Shown: positions 8,959 to 17,870 of the stretch, in pieces
Numbering within the stretch: the stretch's first letter is position 1
Layout: each line of letters opens with the position of its first letter
NCBI GenBank assembly: GCA_963663035.1
Contig: OY760074.1
Location: 96,001-160,000, forward strand
DNA from: Acidobacteriota bacterium
GTDB taxonomy: Bacteria > Acidobacteriota > UBA6911 > RPQK01 > JADFOI01
DNA length: 64,000 nucleotides
Direction: 5' to 3'
Notes under the pieces: generated by a model
The model's input: only the letters and a program-made list of their open reading frames with translations
Told to the model about the DNA's origin: nothing
The model's database searches: none
Made by a program: the position numbers and the translations under genes

Positions 8959-11172
8959 ATGAATCAAAAGACTCATCTACATCGTCGGCGTATGGCCTGG
9001 GGCTGGTCCCAAGCGGGACTTCTTGCGTTTGTGCTGGTGTGGCCGGCGGCAGCAGTCCCGGTCGTCGCTCAGACGGAAGAAAAGACCATCACCGCCCGCA
9101 GAGCCAACCAGCCCGTCCAGCTCGACGGGGAGCTGGACGAAGCCGACTGGGCCCTGGCCGTTCCGGTGTCCGATTTCGTTCAGTCCAACCCGGACGAGGG
9201 GACGCCCGCCTCGGAGCGGACGGAGGTCCGCGTCCTCTTTGACGACGACAACCTCTACTTCGGCGTCTACTGCTACGACTCGGAACCCGACCGGATCATC
9301 GTCAACGAGCTGAAGCGCGACTTCGCCAGCCGGGAAGGCGATGTCTTCGGCGTCGCCCTCGATCCCTTCCACGACCATCGCAACGGGTTCACCTTCTTTA
9401 CCAACGCCGCCGCCGCCAAGAACGACAGCCAGGGTTTTGACGACGGGCGGGTCGCCGATTTGCAGTGGGACGGCATCTGGTACTCGGCCGCACGGATGCA
9501 GCAGGACGGCTGGAGTGTGGAGATTGCCATTCCCTTCAAGACGCTTGGATTCCGCTCGCGGAGCGATTTCGTCATGGGGGTCAACTTCAAGCGCCGCATC
9601 CGGCGCAAGAGTGAGGACCTTTACTGGAGCCTGGTGCCGCGCCGTTTCAACGCGCTTCACGTCTCCCTGGCGGGAGTTTTGGAGGGCCTCGAGGAGGTCA
9701 GCGGGGGGCACAACCTGCGGGTCAAGCCCTTCGTGACCACCGGCTTCAACCAGCAGCGGGCCGGCTCGACCAGCGAGGATGACTTCGACGCCGAGGCCGG
9801 GCTGGACTTGAAGTACCGGGTCACACAGGGCATCACGGCAGACCTGACCTACAATACCGACTTCTCCCAGGTAGAGGTGGATACCCAGCAGATCAACCTC
9901 ACGCGCTTCAGCCTCTTCTTTCCCGAGAAGCGGGACTTCTTCCTCGAGAACGCCGGGATGTTCCGGCTGGGCGACGTGGGTACAGAACGAGGGGCAAGGC
10001 GGGGCGAGGACACCCAGCTCTTTTACAGCCGGCGCATCGGCCTGTCGAGGCAGGGGCGGGTGCTCCCGCTCCTGGGAGGAGCCCGCCTTTCGGGTCGGGC
10101 CGGGCGCTTTGTCCTGGGATTTCTGAACATCCAGCAGGAGGAGTTCGAGGGAACCCCCTCCAACAACTTCACGGTGGCCCGCGTCCGCCGCGACATCCTG
10201 GAGAACTCGGATTTTGGGGCCATCGTCCTCAACCGTGATGGAGGGACGGCCGGAGACTCTAACCGGGCCTACGGTGTGGATCTGAACCTCCAGTTCCTGC
10301 AGAAGTTCTCGGTGACCTCCTTCCTCGCCCGCACCCAGACTCCCGGGTTCGACGGCGACGACCATCACGCCAAGGTCGCCACCAAATGGGACAATGGGCT
10401 CTGGTCCACCCAGCTCCTCTTCGCCGATACCGGCGAGAACTTCCGGCCTGAAATGGGCTTTGTCCCGCGCACCGACGTCCGTAATTTCCAGATCAACTCC
10501 GACCTCCGCCTGCGCCCGGGCGGGAACAGTTTCATCCGCGAGTTCGGCCCTAACGGGAACATCAAGTACTGGTCTCACCACGACGACGGTCTCACCACCC
10601 GGGACTCCCAGGTCGAGCCCGTCAACATCCTGTTCCGGGACGGAGGAACGTTCAGCTTCAGCTACAATCCCCAGTTCGAGCGCCTGGTGGAGCCCTTCGA
10701 GATCCGGTCCGGCATCACCATTCCACCCGGGGACTATCACTTCTACGAAAACCGTATCTCCTACAACTCTGACCGGAGCCAGATGCTCTCGGGCTCGGGT
10801 CGGTATGTGTGGGGGCCCTTCTACGACGGGGACAAGAGCACCACCAGGTTCTCGGCCAGGCTCTCGCTTCAACCGCATCTGTCCGCCTCGTTCAGCTACA
10901 ATCGCAACCGGATCGATCTCACGGGTGGCAACTTTCAAGCGGACCTCTACACGCTGCAGGCTGAGTACTCCTTCAACCCCGCCATGTTCGCGGCCGCCTT
11001 TATCCAGTACAACACCGACTCCGGAAAGATCCTGACCAACCTGCGCTTCAACCTGATTCACCGGCCGCTCAGCGACCTCAGTGTGGTCTTCACCGAGGAC
11101 CGCGCCTCCGGGTTGAGCCCGGATGTGGCACGGGCGTTTATCTTAAAGTACACCCACCTCGTCCAGTTTTAG
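8959..11172 (+). CDS. CBM9-like / DUF5916 outer-membrane protein
   Basis: LDGELDEADW, WSVEIAIPF, NTDFSQVEVD and RFSLFFPEKRDFFLE motifs, with a C-terminal Phe. Upstream TTGCCA-N18-TATGAT at 8913-8942. Confidence 0.85.
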   Translation: MNQKTHLHRRRMAWGWSQAGLLAFVLVWPAAAVPVVAQTEEKTITARRANQPVQLDGELDEADWALAVPVSDFVQSNPDEGTPASERTEVRVLFDDDNLYFGVYCYDSEPDRIIVNELKRDFASREGDVFGVALDPFHDHRNGFTFFTNAAAAKNDSQGFDDGRVADLQWDGIWYSAARMQQDGWSVEIAIPFKTLGFRSRSDFVMGVNFKRRIRRKSEDLYWSLVPRRFNALHVSLAGVLEGLEEVSGGHNLRVKPFVTTGFNQQRAGSTSEDDFDAEAGLDLKYRVTQGITADLTYNTDFSQVEVDTQQINLTRFSLFFPEKRDFFLENAGMFRLGDVGTERGARRGEDTQLFYSRRIGLSRQGRVLPLLGGARLSGRAGRFVLGFLNIQQEEFEGTPSNNFTVARVRRDILENSDFGAIVLNRDGGTAGDSNRAYGVDLNLQFLQKFSVTSFLARTQTPGFDGDDHHAKVATKWDNGLWSTQLLFADTGENFRPEMGFVPRTDVRNFQINSDLRLRPGGNSFIREFGPNGNIKYWSHHDDGLTTRDSQVEPVNILFRDGGTFSFSYNPQFERLVEPFEIRSGITIPPGDYHFYENRISYNSDRSQMLSGSGRYVWGPFYDGDKSTTRFSARLSLQPHLSASFSYNRNRIDLTGGNFQADLYTLQAEYSFNPAMFAAAFIQYNTDSGKILTNLRFNLIHRPLSDLSVVFTEDRASGLSPDVARAFILKYTHLVQF

Positions 11173-11194
11173 CCGGGATTATGCATAGTCCGGA
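11173..11194. mobile_element. 22-bp collapsed IS1380-type MITE scar
   Basis: TTAG-CCGGGATTATGCATAGTCCGGA-CTAG. The first 16 nt are identical to the left end of the MITE at 62580. Confidence 0.65.
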
Positions 11195-11210
11195 CTAGAA
11201 TGGAGAATGG

Positions 11211-11660
11211 ATGAAGACCTGTAGCATATGTGGCAATGAGATACCGGGCGATGAGTGGAAATGTCGGTACTGCGACAGCTACCAACAGCCTGGGCGATCG
11301 TCACGGAGAAGCGGTGGGGAGAAGATCAAGACGGTCAACCTTAAGAAAGGGATGCCGTTTGTCGATGAAGCCTTAGGCACCTTGTCTCTTGAGCTGCATT
11401 TAGCACGATCGCAGGGTGTGAAGGTCCTCCGGGTCATTCACGGGTATGGCTCCTCTGGCACGGGAGGCAAGATCAAGCAGGCGGTCATCCAGGAACTGGC
11501 ATCCCTGTCTCGTGGCGGGAGAGTGCAGGCTTATGTTGTAGGGGACCGGTACTCAGAAGACACCAACCAGGGACGAGACCTGCTGAGCCAATTCCCAAGT
11601 CTCAGGTCTACATTAGTGTCCGATCGTCACAATCCAGGAATCACATTCGTGCAGCTGTAG
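11211..11660 (+). CDS. Zinc-ribbon + Smr domain protein
   Basis: CxxC...CxxC N-terminus, then IHGYGSSGTGG and NPGIT Smr motifs. Confidence 0.85.
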   Translation: MKTCSICGNEIPGDEWKCRYCDSYQQPGRSSRRSGGEKIKTVNLKKGMPFVDEALGTLSLELHLARSQGVKVLRVIHGYGSSGTGGKIKQAVIQELASLSRGGRVQAYVVGDRYSEDTNQGRDLLSQFPSLRSTLVSDRHNPGITFVQL

Positions 11661-11664
11661 CGGA

Positions 11665-11943
11665 TTAAGACCGGATGGGATGCTTTCCCCCCTGACGAGG
11701 GTTGGCCGCAATGACGGTGAGGGGTATTCCGTTCAGGGTGTGCCCGTTCAACTTGCTGGTGGCCGTTTCGGCCTCGCTCTGTGACCCCATTTCGACAAGA
11801 GCGAATCCTCGAGAACTCCCCGTTTGGTTGTCGGTAGCCACATGGAGCGCTTCGATCGTGCCGTGCTGGGAGAAGAGCTTCTCCAGCTCTTTCGCCGTCG
11901 TGGAAAGTGGAAACCTACCGACTAAAAGTGTCTTGTTACTCAT
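11665..11943 (-). CDS. RRM RNA-binding protein
   Basis: SRGFALVEM RNP1 and LNGHTLNG. Confidence 0.9.
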   Translation of the reverse strand: MSNKTLLVGRFPLSTTAKELEKLFSQHGTIEALHVATDNQTGSSRGFALVEMGSQSEAETATSKLNGHTLNGIPLTVIAANPRQGGKHPIRS

Positions 11944-12126
11944 ATATTCCTTGCTTTACAAAAAGGCTTTGATGAACCTGAAGGGGAGATCACACGGGCT
12001 TCATGTTGCGAAATTTGCCAGCTCAGGAAGCCCTCCTCTGAAGTGGTAATTTCACTATAACATGGGAGCCTCCTTCTCTGTGCGGGAGTGCTCAGGAGCC
12101 ATGACTCGCCTCTGCGACGACCCCAT

Positions 12127-12186
12127 GAGGGTGATTTTCATTGCTTTCAGGACACCTCAAGACCTAGCATTGGAGGTAACTGCATT
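12127..12186 (+). promoter_or_regulatory. Repeated promoter/leader module A (TTGCTT-N18-TAGCAT)
   Basis: GAGGGTGATTTT..TTGCTTTCAGGACACCTCAAGACCTAGCATTGG..AACTGCAT. The core is nearly identical to 14728 and related to 17769, 27392 and 31657. Confidence 0.7.
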
Positions 12187-12195
12187 GAGGTGTGC

Positions 12196-12765
12196 ATGAT
12201 GATTGGTAGTGCCAGATTTTGGATCATGATGGCGGTGTTCCAAGTCGTCTTCGGATTGGCGATCTTTACCATCACGCGTCAATACTACATTCAGAACTCC
12301 GATAACGTCAGCGCCGAGCCAACTATCCTAGGAGATCCCTCGATCGCAGGGCCGGACCGCATCACGGACACCAATCTAGAAGGCGCAGCTCTGATATCAC
12401 GTCAGGCTGATGAGGCGTTCACCAACGAGCAATTCGACCGGGCGGCGGAGTTGTATGAGCAGCTCCTGGCACTCAGCCCGAACAACGTGACTGCCTATAA
12501 CAATTTGGGCATAACGCTGCACAATCTCGGCAGATCAGATGAAGCGCTTGGCAAGCTCAATGAAGGTGTGGCCGTGGATCCGACGTATCAAAGAATTTGG
12601 CTAACCTTGGGGTTCGTGAGTATTCAACTCGGTGACACCGAGCAAGCACGTACTGCCCTGACATCCGCTGTCCAGATGGGCGCTGACAACGAGGTCGGAC
12701 AAGCCGCATCAGAAATGCTCGAAAACCTGACGGTGAACCCGCTCCCACTGGTCAATTCGCATTAA
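12196..12765 (+). CDS. Membrane-anchored TPR protein
   Basis: N-terminal TM and AYNNLGITLHNLG TPR repeats. Confidence 0.8.
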   Translation: MMIGSARFWIMMAVFQVVFGLAIFTITRQYYIQNSDNVSAEPTILGDPSIAGPDRITDTNLEGAALISRQADEAFTNEQFDRAAELYEQLLALSPNNVTAYNNLGITLHNLGRSDEALGKLNEGVAVDPTYQRIWLTLGFVSIQLGDTEQARTALTSAVQMGADNEVGQAASEMLENLTVNPLPLVNSH

Positions 12766-12790
12766 CGACTTCTGCCACGGGCTGATACGG

Positions 12791-14470
12791 TCACCGTCCC
12801 ATAGCTCTACAGGTAAAGTTACTCTCCACCCAGTTGGCCGGGTCGTTTTGGCCTCCCTCCGGGCCCGTGTATACAGCCTTTAGGGGATAGGCGCAGACCT
12901 TCCGCTCGTTGTCCACCCGATCGTCCTCCGCCCTGTGGACCGCGACGACGTGATTGGGAGCCTTCCCCTGCTCGACCCACTCGACGAGCGGCGGGAGCTT
13001 GTCCCATTCATTCGGACCGGGGCCCCCTCCGCAGTGCCCCATGCCGGGCATCATGAAGAGCTGGAAGCTCTCCCGGGCCTTTTCGACGTCCCCGTCAAAG
13101 GTGGTCTGGACCACTTCCTTGTAGTAATCGACGGTCGGCTCCGGATGAGGCCCCGTGTCGTTCCAGCCGTGATAGAGAATCAGCTTTCCCTGGTTGGTCT
13201 TCAGAAACCGCTCCAGATCAGGATCCGTGGCGTCCAGGATGGACATCATGGTCTCTCCGCGTCCTGCCGTGACGTCGTCCATGCTGAACTCCCACCATCC
13301 GTACTCCGGCTGCCCCCCGCTCTTGTCGAGCGAGTACGAGACATCCCCAGCGTCCGGTGGGATAATCCCGGGATCCTCATCGTAGAAGATGTAATTGAAC
13401 TGGTCGCTCGACATGCTAAGCCGCGAAGGATGCATGTCGTTCCCGGCCCATGGGAGCACGGCGGTAGCCCAGCCGTACTCCGAGCCCTTGGAATATCCCT
13501 TGTAGATGGTCCTCCCGCTGCTGTCATAGGGCCCCCGGTAGATGTCGCTGATCACCTTCATCTGGAGCTCGGTAAAGCAGGCGTCCCCGTTCTGATCGCC
13601 TCGGCAGTGCATCCCCGGAAGATCCCGCTGCGGCACGAAATCGCAGGCTGTGGGGTCGTCAATGACCCCGTCCTGGATTCCGTCGGCGGCATCACACTTG
13701 TTGATAACGGCCTGGTGCAGCATGTTCATCTTGGTGAGGCTCTCGGGCACCCCGTCCCCGTCGGCATCGAAGGCAAGGTTCCCGGCGAAGTTGTTCTCAA
13801 AGGTCTTTTGCAACATCCAGATATGCGCGACGTTGACCAGGGTGTAGTAGTTGACCGGAGCTCCTCCAACGATGCCGTCGTAATCGTAGGGAAAACGCTG
13901 AGCCTCCATCAGGGCCTGCTTACCGCCGGTCGAGCATCCTTCGAAGTAGGAGTACTCCGCATCCTTTCCGTAGTAAGCCCGGACCACCGACTTGCCGGCG
14001 TTGGTCATCACGTGGACGGCACGGTAGCCGAAGTCGATCTCAGCCTGCCGGTTGTTGAACCCGAAGGAAGCTGCGGGCTCCGAACCGTTGTCGTGTCCCG
14101 TATTGCTGTTGGCCACCGCATACCCTTCCGCTACACGGTGGTCGGCGAAGTCGAGGTCGCCGTCCTTGCCACCGTCGCCCCATCCGAGAAACCGGCCGTT
14201 CCAATCCGATGGCAGCGGGAGCTGGACGTGGTAGTGGATAGCGGGGTTGATGAGCCCGCGGACGTAGCATTGGCGGGGGGCGGTCTCCGTCGCTGAGCGG
14301 AGCTCAGCCGAGAGCAGGGTCAGATTCCGAGTATTCAAAAGCGCCTGACAAGCGGCCTCCTCGGACGAGCCTGCGATCTGTGCGGCCACTGTGGTGCCCC
14401 CCGCCAGAAAGGAAACGACCAAGCTGGACAAGACCAGCCAATTAGTAAGGGGAGAGAGTAGAGACTTCAT
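12791..14470 (-). CDS. Tannase/feruloyl esterase family hydrolase
   Basis: GCSTGG, YHGWND and PGMGHCGGG motifs plus a signal peptide. Paralog of 17871-19511. Confidence 0.9.
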   Translation of the reverse strand: MKSLLSPLTNWLVLSSLVVSFLAGGTTVAAQIAGSSEEAACQALLNTRNLTLLSAELRSATETAPRQCYVRGLINPAIHYHVQLPLPSDWNGRFLGWGDGGKDGDLDFADHRVAEGYAVANSNTGHDNGSEPAASFGFNNRQAEIDFGYRAVHVMTNAGKSVVRAYYGKDAEYSYFEGCSTGGKQALMEAQRFPYDYDGIVGGAPVNYYTLVNVAHIWMLQKTFENNFAGNLAFDADGDGVPESLTKMNMLHQAVINKCDAADGIQDGVIDDPTACDFVPQRDLPGMHCRGDQNGDACFTELQMKVISDIYRGPYDSSGRTIYKGYSKGSEYGWATAVLPWAGNDMHPSRLSMSSDQFNYIFYDEDPGIIPPDAGDVSYSLDKSGGQPEYGWWEFSMDDVTAGRGETMMSILDATDPDLERFLKTNQGKLILYHGWNDTGPHPEPTVDYYKEVVQTTFDGDVEKARESFQLFMMPGMGHCGGGPGPNEWDKLPPLVEWVEQGKAPNHVVAVHRAEDDRVDNERKVCAYPLKAVYTGPEGGQNDPANWVESNFTCRAMGR

Positions 14471-14629
14471 GTCGACCTCCTTAGTCATGAACAGTTCCTT
14501 GGCCAATGGTCAGGACCTTATTGAATCGGGCCAGAGGGGTATTACATCGTTGTTCAATTCTTAGCAGTGATCGGACCCTATGTCAATACCCCCACCCCGG
14601 CCGTGCCCCTCCGTGACGACCCTCGCTCC

Positions 14630-14674
14630 CAGGACTTAAAATCCTGTGAAGGTTCGAGTCCCTCCCCGGGCACA
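14630..14674 (+). pseudogene. tRNA-Leu(UAA) 3' remnant lacking the 5' half and variable arm
   Basis: CAGGA-CTTAAAA-TCCTG anticodon arm joined directly to GAAGG-TTCGAGT-CCCTC T-arm and CCCGGGC-A acceptor strand. Confidence 0.75.
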
Positions 14675-14727
14675 CTTACTCCAGCTCACTCCAGCCAGCT
14701 CGAAGCAATTTAGACGGCCAAGTTTGC

Positions 14728-14772
14728 TTGCTTTCAGGACACCTCAAGACTTAGCATTGGATGCAACTGCAT
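14728..14772 (+). promoter_or_regulatory. Repeated promoter/leader module B
   Basis: TTGCTTTCAGGACACCTCAAGACTTAGCATTGGA differs from module A by one base. Confidence 0.7.
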
Positions 14773-14880
14773 CACGAAAGAGGGAGCATTTGGGAAAATC
14801 CATGGGCGGGACAACTATCAGCCACCACAACTCCCTGGAAGGAGTATTGGCCAGGGGTGAATAAAGAGATCTGCAGAGCC

Positions 14881-15756
14881 ATGTCACGGCGGAGAAAACA
14901 TACGAGAATACTTTTCTCGGAGGCACTGTTGATACTCTTGTTGGGTGCCGTGGCATCATATGGGGCCACAGTAGCGTACTCACTCCAGTTGCCACCTGAC
15001 ATTCCAGTGCCGGACAGGCCGAGCCGGCTCTTAACGGATATAGAGGGGCGTCCACTCCCCCTAGAGAGCGATGAGGAGATCGTACGTTTCCTGCACACAG
15101 CTCGGGTTGTCTCTTCCGAAGAGATCGGAGAGGGTGTGAGCGGGGCGCGTAAGGTTTTGTTGGAGAAGGACGGTCTTCGTGTTCATTCCATCTTTCGGGA
15201 TGTGCGCGTCAACGAGTCCAGGAGATTGCCCTCGGGGACGTGTGCAGCCTATGAGTTGAGCCGATTGCTGGGACTCGACAATGTTCCTCCAGCCGTGGAA
15301 CGGGAGATCGAGGGTAAGAAAGGATCGTTGCAGCTGTGGATCGAGGGGGCAGTAACCGAGAAGGTCCGAAGAGATCAGGGCCTCTCCCTTTTGGATGAAG
15401 AACGCTTGAGTCAGCACTGGCAAGTGATGTTGGTCTTCGATAACTTGATCTTCAACGATGATCGCAATCGAGGGAATTATCTCTATGACCGCAACGGCAA
15501 ACTTTGGATGATCGATCATACGCGATCCTTTCGAACAGATGATGAGTTACCCTACCCAACAGGTATCCTTCACTCTGAACGCCAGTTGTGGGAGGGATTG
15601 CAAAAGCTTGAGTCGGCTGTCGTGAAAACACATCTCCAGCAATACTTGGATCCTGCCGCACTGGAATCACTGATCAGACGCAAGGAAAAACTGGTGGAAC
15701 ACATCCAGGAAATGATTGCTGAGCGCGGCGAGCAGGATGTGCTTTTTAGCTTCTGA
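14881..15756 (+). CDS. Membrane/secreted atypical kinase (PI3/4-kinase-like fold)
   Basis: AAYELSRLLGLDNVPP, GSLQLW, FDNLIFNDDRNRGN and IDHTRSF. Confidence 0.7.
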   Translation: MSRRRKHTRILFSEALLILLLGAVASYGATVAYSLQLPPDIPVPDRPSRLLTDIEGRPLPLESDEEIVRFLHTARVVSSEEIGEGVSGARKVLLEKDGLRVHSIFRDVRVNESRRLPSGTCAAYELSRLLGLDNVPPAVEREIEGKKGSLQLWIEGAVTEKVRRDQGLSLLDEERLSQHWQVMLVFDNLIFNDDRNRGNYLYDRNGKLWMIDHTRSFRTDDELPYPTGILHSERQLWEGLQKLESAVVKTHLQQYLDPAALESLIRRKEKLVEHIQEMIAERGEQDVLFSF

Positions 15757-15827
15757 CGTCCCCGCACGTGGGACGGCCAGCCTTCAGTATGTGGCGACCA
15801 CTTTTGTCACAAGCTCGTCGAGCGGCT

Positions 15828-16199
15828 GGAGAAGTGTACGTGAGGCCGTTTCCCGATGTGAACGCCGGCCGCTGGCAGGTATCGAGCGGCGGCGGGGGAT
15901 GGCCGCTCTGGAGTCCGGACGGCCGGGAGCTCTTCTATGCGGGCCCAGAAGGCATGATGGTAGTACCTATTGAGACTGAGCCGACCTTCACCCAGGGTAC
16001 GGTGGATCTATTGTTTGACTTGGGCTCATACTTGAAGCCACCCGACCTGCCGTACCGAAGGGTCGCTATTTCCCCGGAGGGAGACCGCTTCCTGCTGCTC
16101 AACGCAGGCGGCGGATCGGATGAGACTGCCCAGACGACCAGCATCCACGTCGTCCTCAACTGGTTTGAAGAACTGAAGGAACGGGTCCCCCTGCCCTGA
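15828..16199 (+). pseudogene. Orphan C-terminal fragment of a kinase-TolB gene
   Basis: EVYVRPFP..GRWQVS..GG..PLWSPDGRELFY...NWFEELKERVPLP with no 5' part. Followed by a degenerate IGKPLSH stub. Confidence 0.85.
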
Positions 16200-16285
16200 T
16201 TGGCAAGCCACTTTCCCACTGCTAAGTCCTCCTTGAACTAAGGTCTCTGGGTCCGGACAACTTACCGCTCTCCTCGGGCCCCGAA

Positions 16286-17647
16286 CTACTGGAGATTCTT
16301 CTCCAGTAAGTCCTGAGGATCCAAGACGATGCCGTCCTTGATGACCCTGTAGATCTTCTGGGTGTTACGGATGTCCTCCAGCGGGTCGTCGTCCAGGATG
16401 ACCAGATCGGCATACTTCTCGGCCTGGACGGTGCCCAGCTCCTGATCCATGTGCAAGACCTTGGCGTTGTTCAAGGTCGCGGCCTGCAGGGCCTCCATCG
16501 GAGAAATTCCGGCTTCCACGAACAGCTCCATTTCCCAGTGCAGGCTCCACCCCGGCAGGATGGCAGCAGTGGCCGAATCGGTGCCGGCAATGAGAAGACC
16601 TCCTGCCTGTTGAAAGCGGCGCGTGACCTCCTTCATGCGGACCATGGTACTACTCCATTCGCGGCGCTCTTCTTCTCCATAGCTGGCCAGTGTATCGGGT
16701 TCACCTTCAGGAATGTATCGCAGCAACGGATTGGCCTCCAGGTCTGCAAGGGTACGCGCGTTTCGATTGAAGTTCACCAGAGTGGGAGCAAAATAAACAT
16801 TGCTTTGAACCATCAACTGAATCAAAGTCTCCGCTTTGTCGATGTCAAAGTTTCTATGCATGCGGCCGTACCAGAAACGAAACAAGTGGTCCCGAATGGA
16901 GGGGTCAAAATCAGAGGGCACATCCACTGCTTGCCCCATGGAATCTTCCAGAATCGAATAGGCGTGTTCGACACCATCCAGCCCAGCCTCAATGGCCAAA
17001 AATGCGCCGGGACCACGGCCGTCGACCATGGGCCCGGTGTGTCCGTAGACAAGCAATCCGTTAGCATGGGCGACTTCTACAATCTCCTCGAGGTCACGGA
17101 TCGTGTAGCCCTTGATCTTAATTCCATCGACTCCCGCCTCGACCAGCTTCCGGGCCATTTCCTGAGCACTACCCACCCCCATGGCTTTCACCGATCTGGG
17201 ATTGATGTCCACCCCTGAGACGACCATCCGAGGTCCCAAAATATTGCCGACCGTCAGTTCCTCTCTCAGCGTGAGGACTCTTTCAACCTGTCCTCCCATG
17301 TCTCGGACCGTGGTCACCCCATTTGCCAAATAAAGCCGATGCAGCCAGGGATAACGGTAGTGCACGTGAGAATCGATGAGGCCGGGAATAATGTACTTCC
17401 CGCTCGCCGAGATGACACGGGCCCCCGTGGGTGGACTGAGTTCCCCCTGCCGGTCGATCTCTCGAATGCGATTGCCCTCAATGAGAATCGTCGCACCGGA
17501 GAAGGGAGAACTCCCGGTTCCGTCAATAAGGGTTCCCCCTTCAATGACGATCACGGAACTCTCCGTGGACTGTCCCCAAGCGGGGGAGACCAACAACAGT
17601 GCCAACCAGAGGCAGACAGACTTTGTGTGTTTTATTGCGAGCGGCAT
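16286..17647 (-). CDS. Secreted amidohydrolase (Amidohydro_1)
   Basis: PGLIDSHVH, GVTTVRDMG, AGTDS and KYADLVILD. Confidence 0.9.
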   Translation of the reverse strand: MPLAIKHTKSVCLWLALLLVSPAWGQSTESSVIVIEGGTLIDGTGSSPFSGATILIEGNRIREIDRQGELSPPTGARVISASGKYIIPGLIDSHVHYRYPWLHRLYLANGVTTVRDMGGQVERVLTLREELTVGNILGPRMVVSGVDINPRSVKAMGVGSAQEMARKLVEAGVDGIKIKGYTIRDLEEIVEVAHANGLLVYGHTGPMVDGRGPGAFLAIEAGLDGVEHAYSILEDSMGQAVDVPSDFDPSIRDHLFRFWYGRMHRNFDIDKAETLIQLMVQSNVYFAPTLVNFNRNARTLADLEANPLLRYIPEGEPDTLASYGEEERREWSSTMVRMKEVTRRFQQAGGLLIAGTDSATAAILPGWSLHWEMELFVEAGISPMEALQAATLNNAKVLHMDQELGTVQAEKYADLVILDDDPLEDIRNTQKIYRVIKDGIVLDPQDLLEKNLQ

Positions 17648-17691
17648 TTTGGATCTACTCCTTTAAAATTGTGGGTCCGGCTTTTTCTCAA

Positions 17692-17828
17692 ATATTAGGG
17701 CGTCAAGAGAGGAATGGCAATGGGAAACGTCAAGCTAAAGCCAACTCCACGCCACTCCACCCAAGATAGAGGGTGATTTTGATTGCCTTTTCACCCCCTG
17801 GAGATTTAGCATTGACCACAACTGCATT
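17692..17828. promoter_or_regulatory. Divergent pair of related promoter modules
   Basis: Minus strand CCCATTGCCA-N17-TAATAT (17692-17720). Plus strand GAGGGTGATTTT..TTGCCT-N18-TAGCAT..AACTGCAT (17769-17828). Confidence 0.65.
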
Positions 17829-17870
17829 ATCACTTTTACAACCCTATTACTAAGGGGGGGAGGATCCATC

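Noticed and set aside
8977-11061. Long antisense ORFs (694 aa here; also 12935-14296, 25490-27418, 27442-28860, 39609-40829)
   Set aside because: They are shadow frames of GC-rich genes that have clear family motifs on the other strand, and they carry no motifs of their own.
14600-14680. Intact functional tRNA-Leu gene
   Set aside because: There is no D-arm with conserved GG, no variable arm, a T-stem mismatch and no intact CCA.
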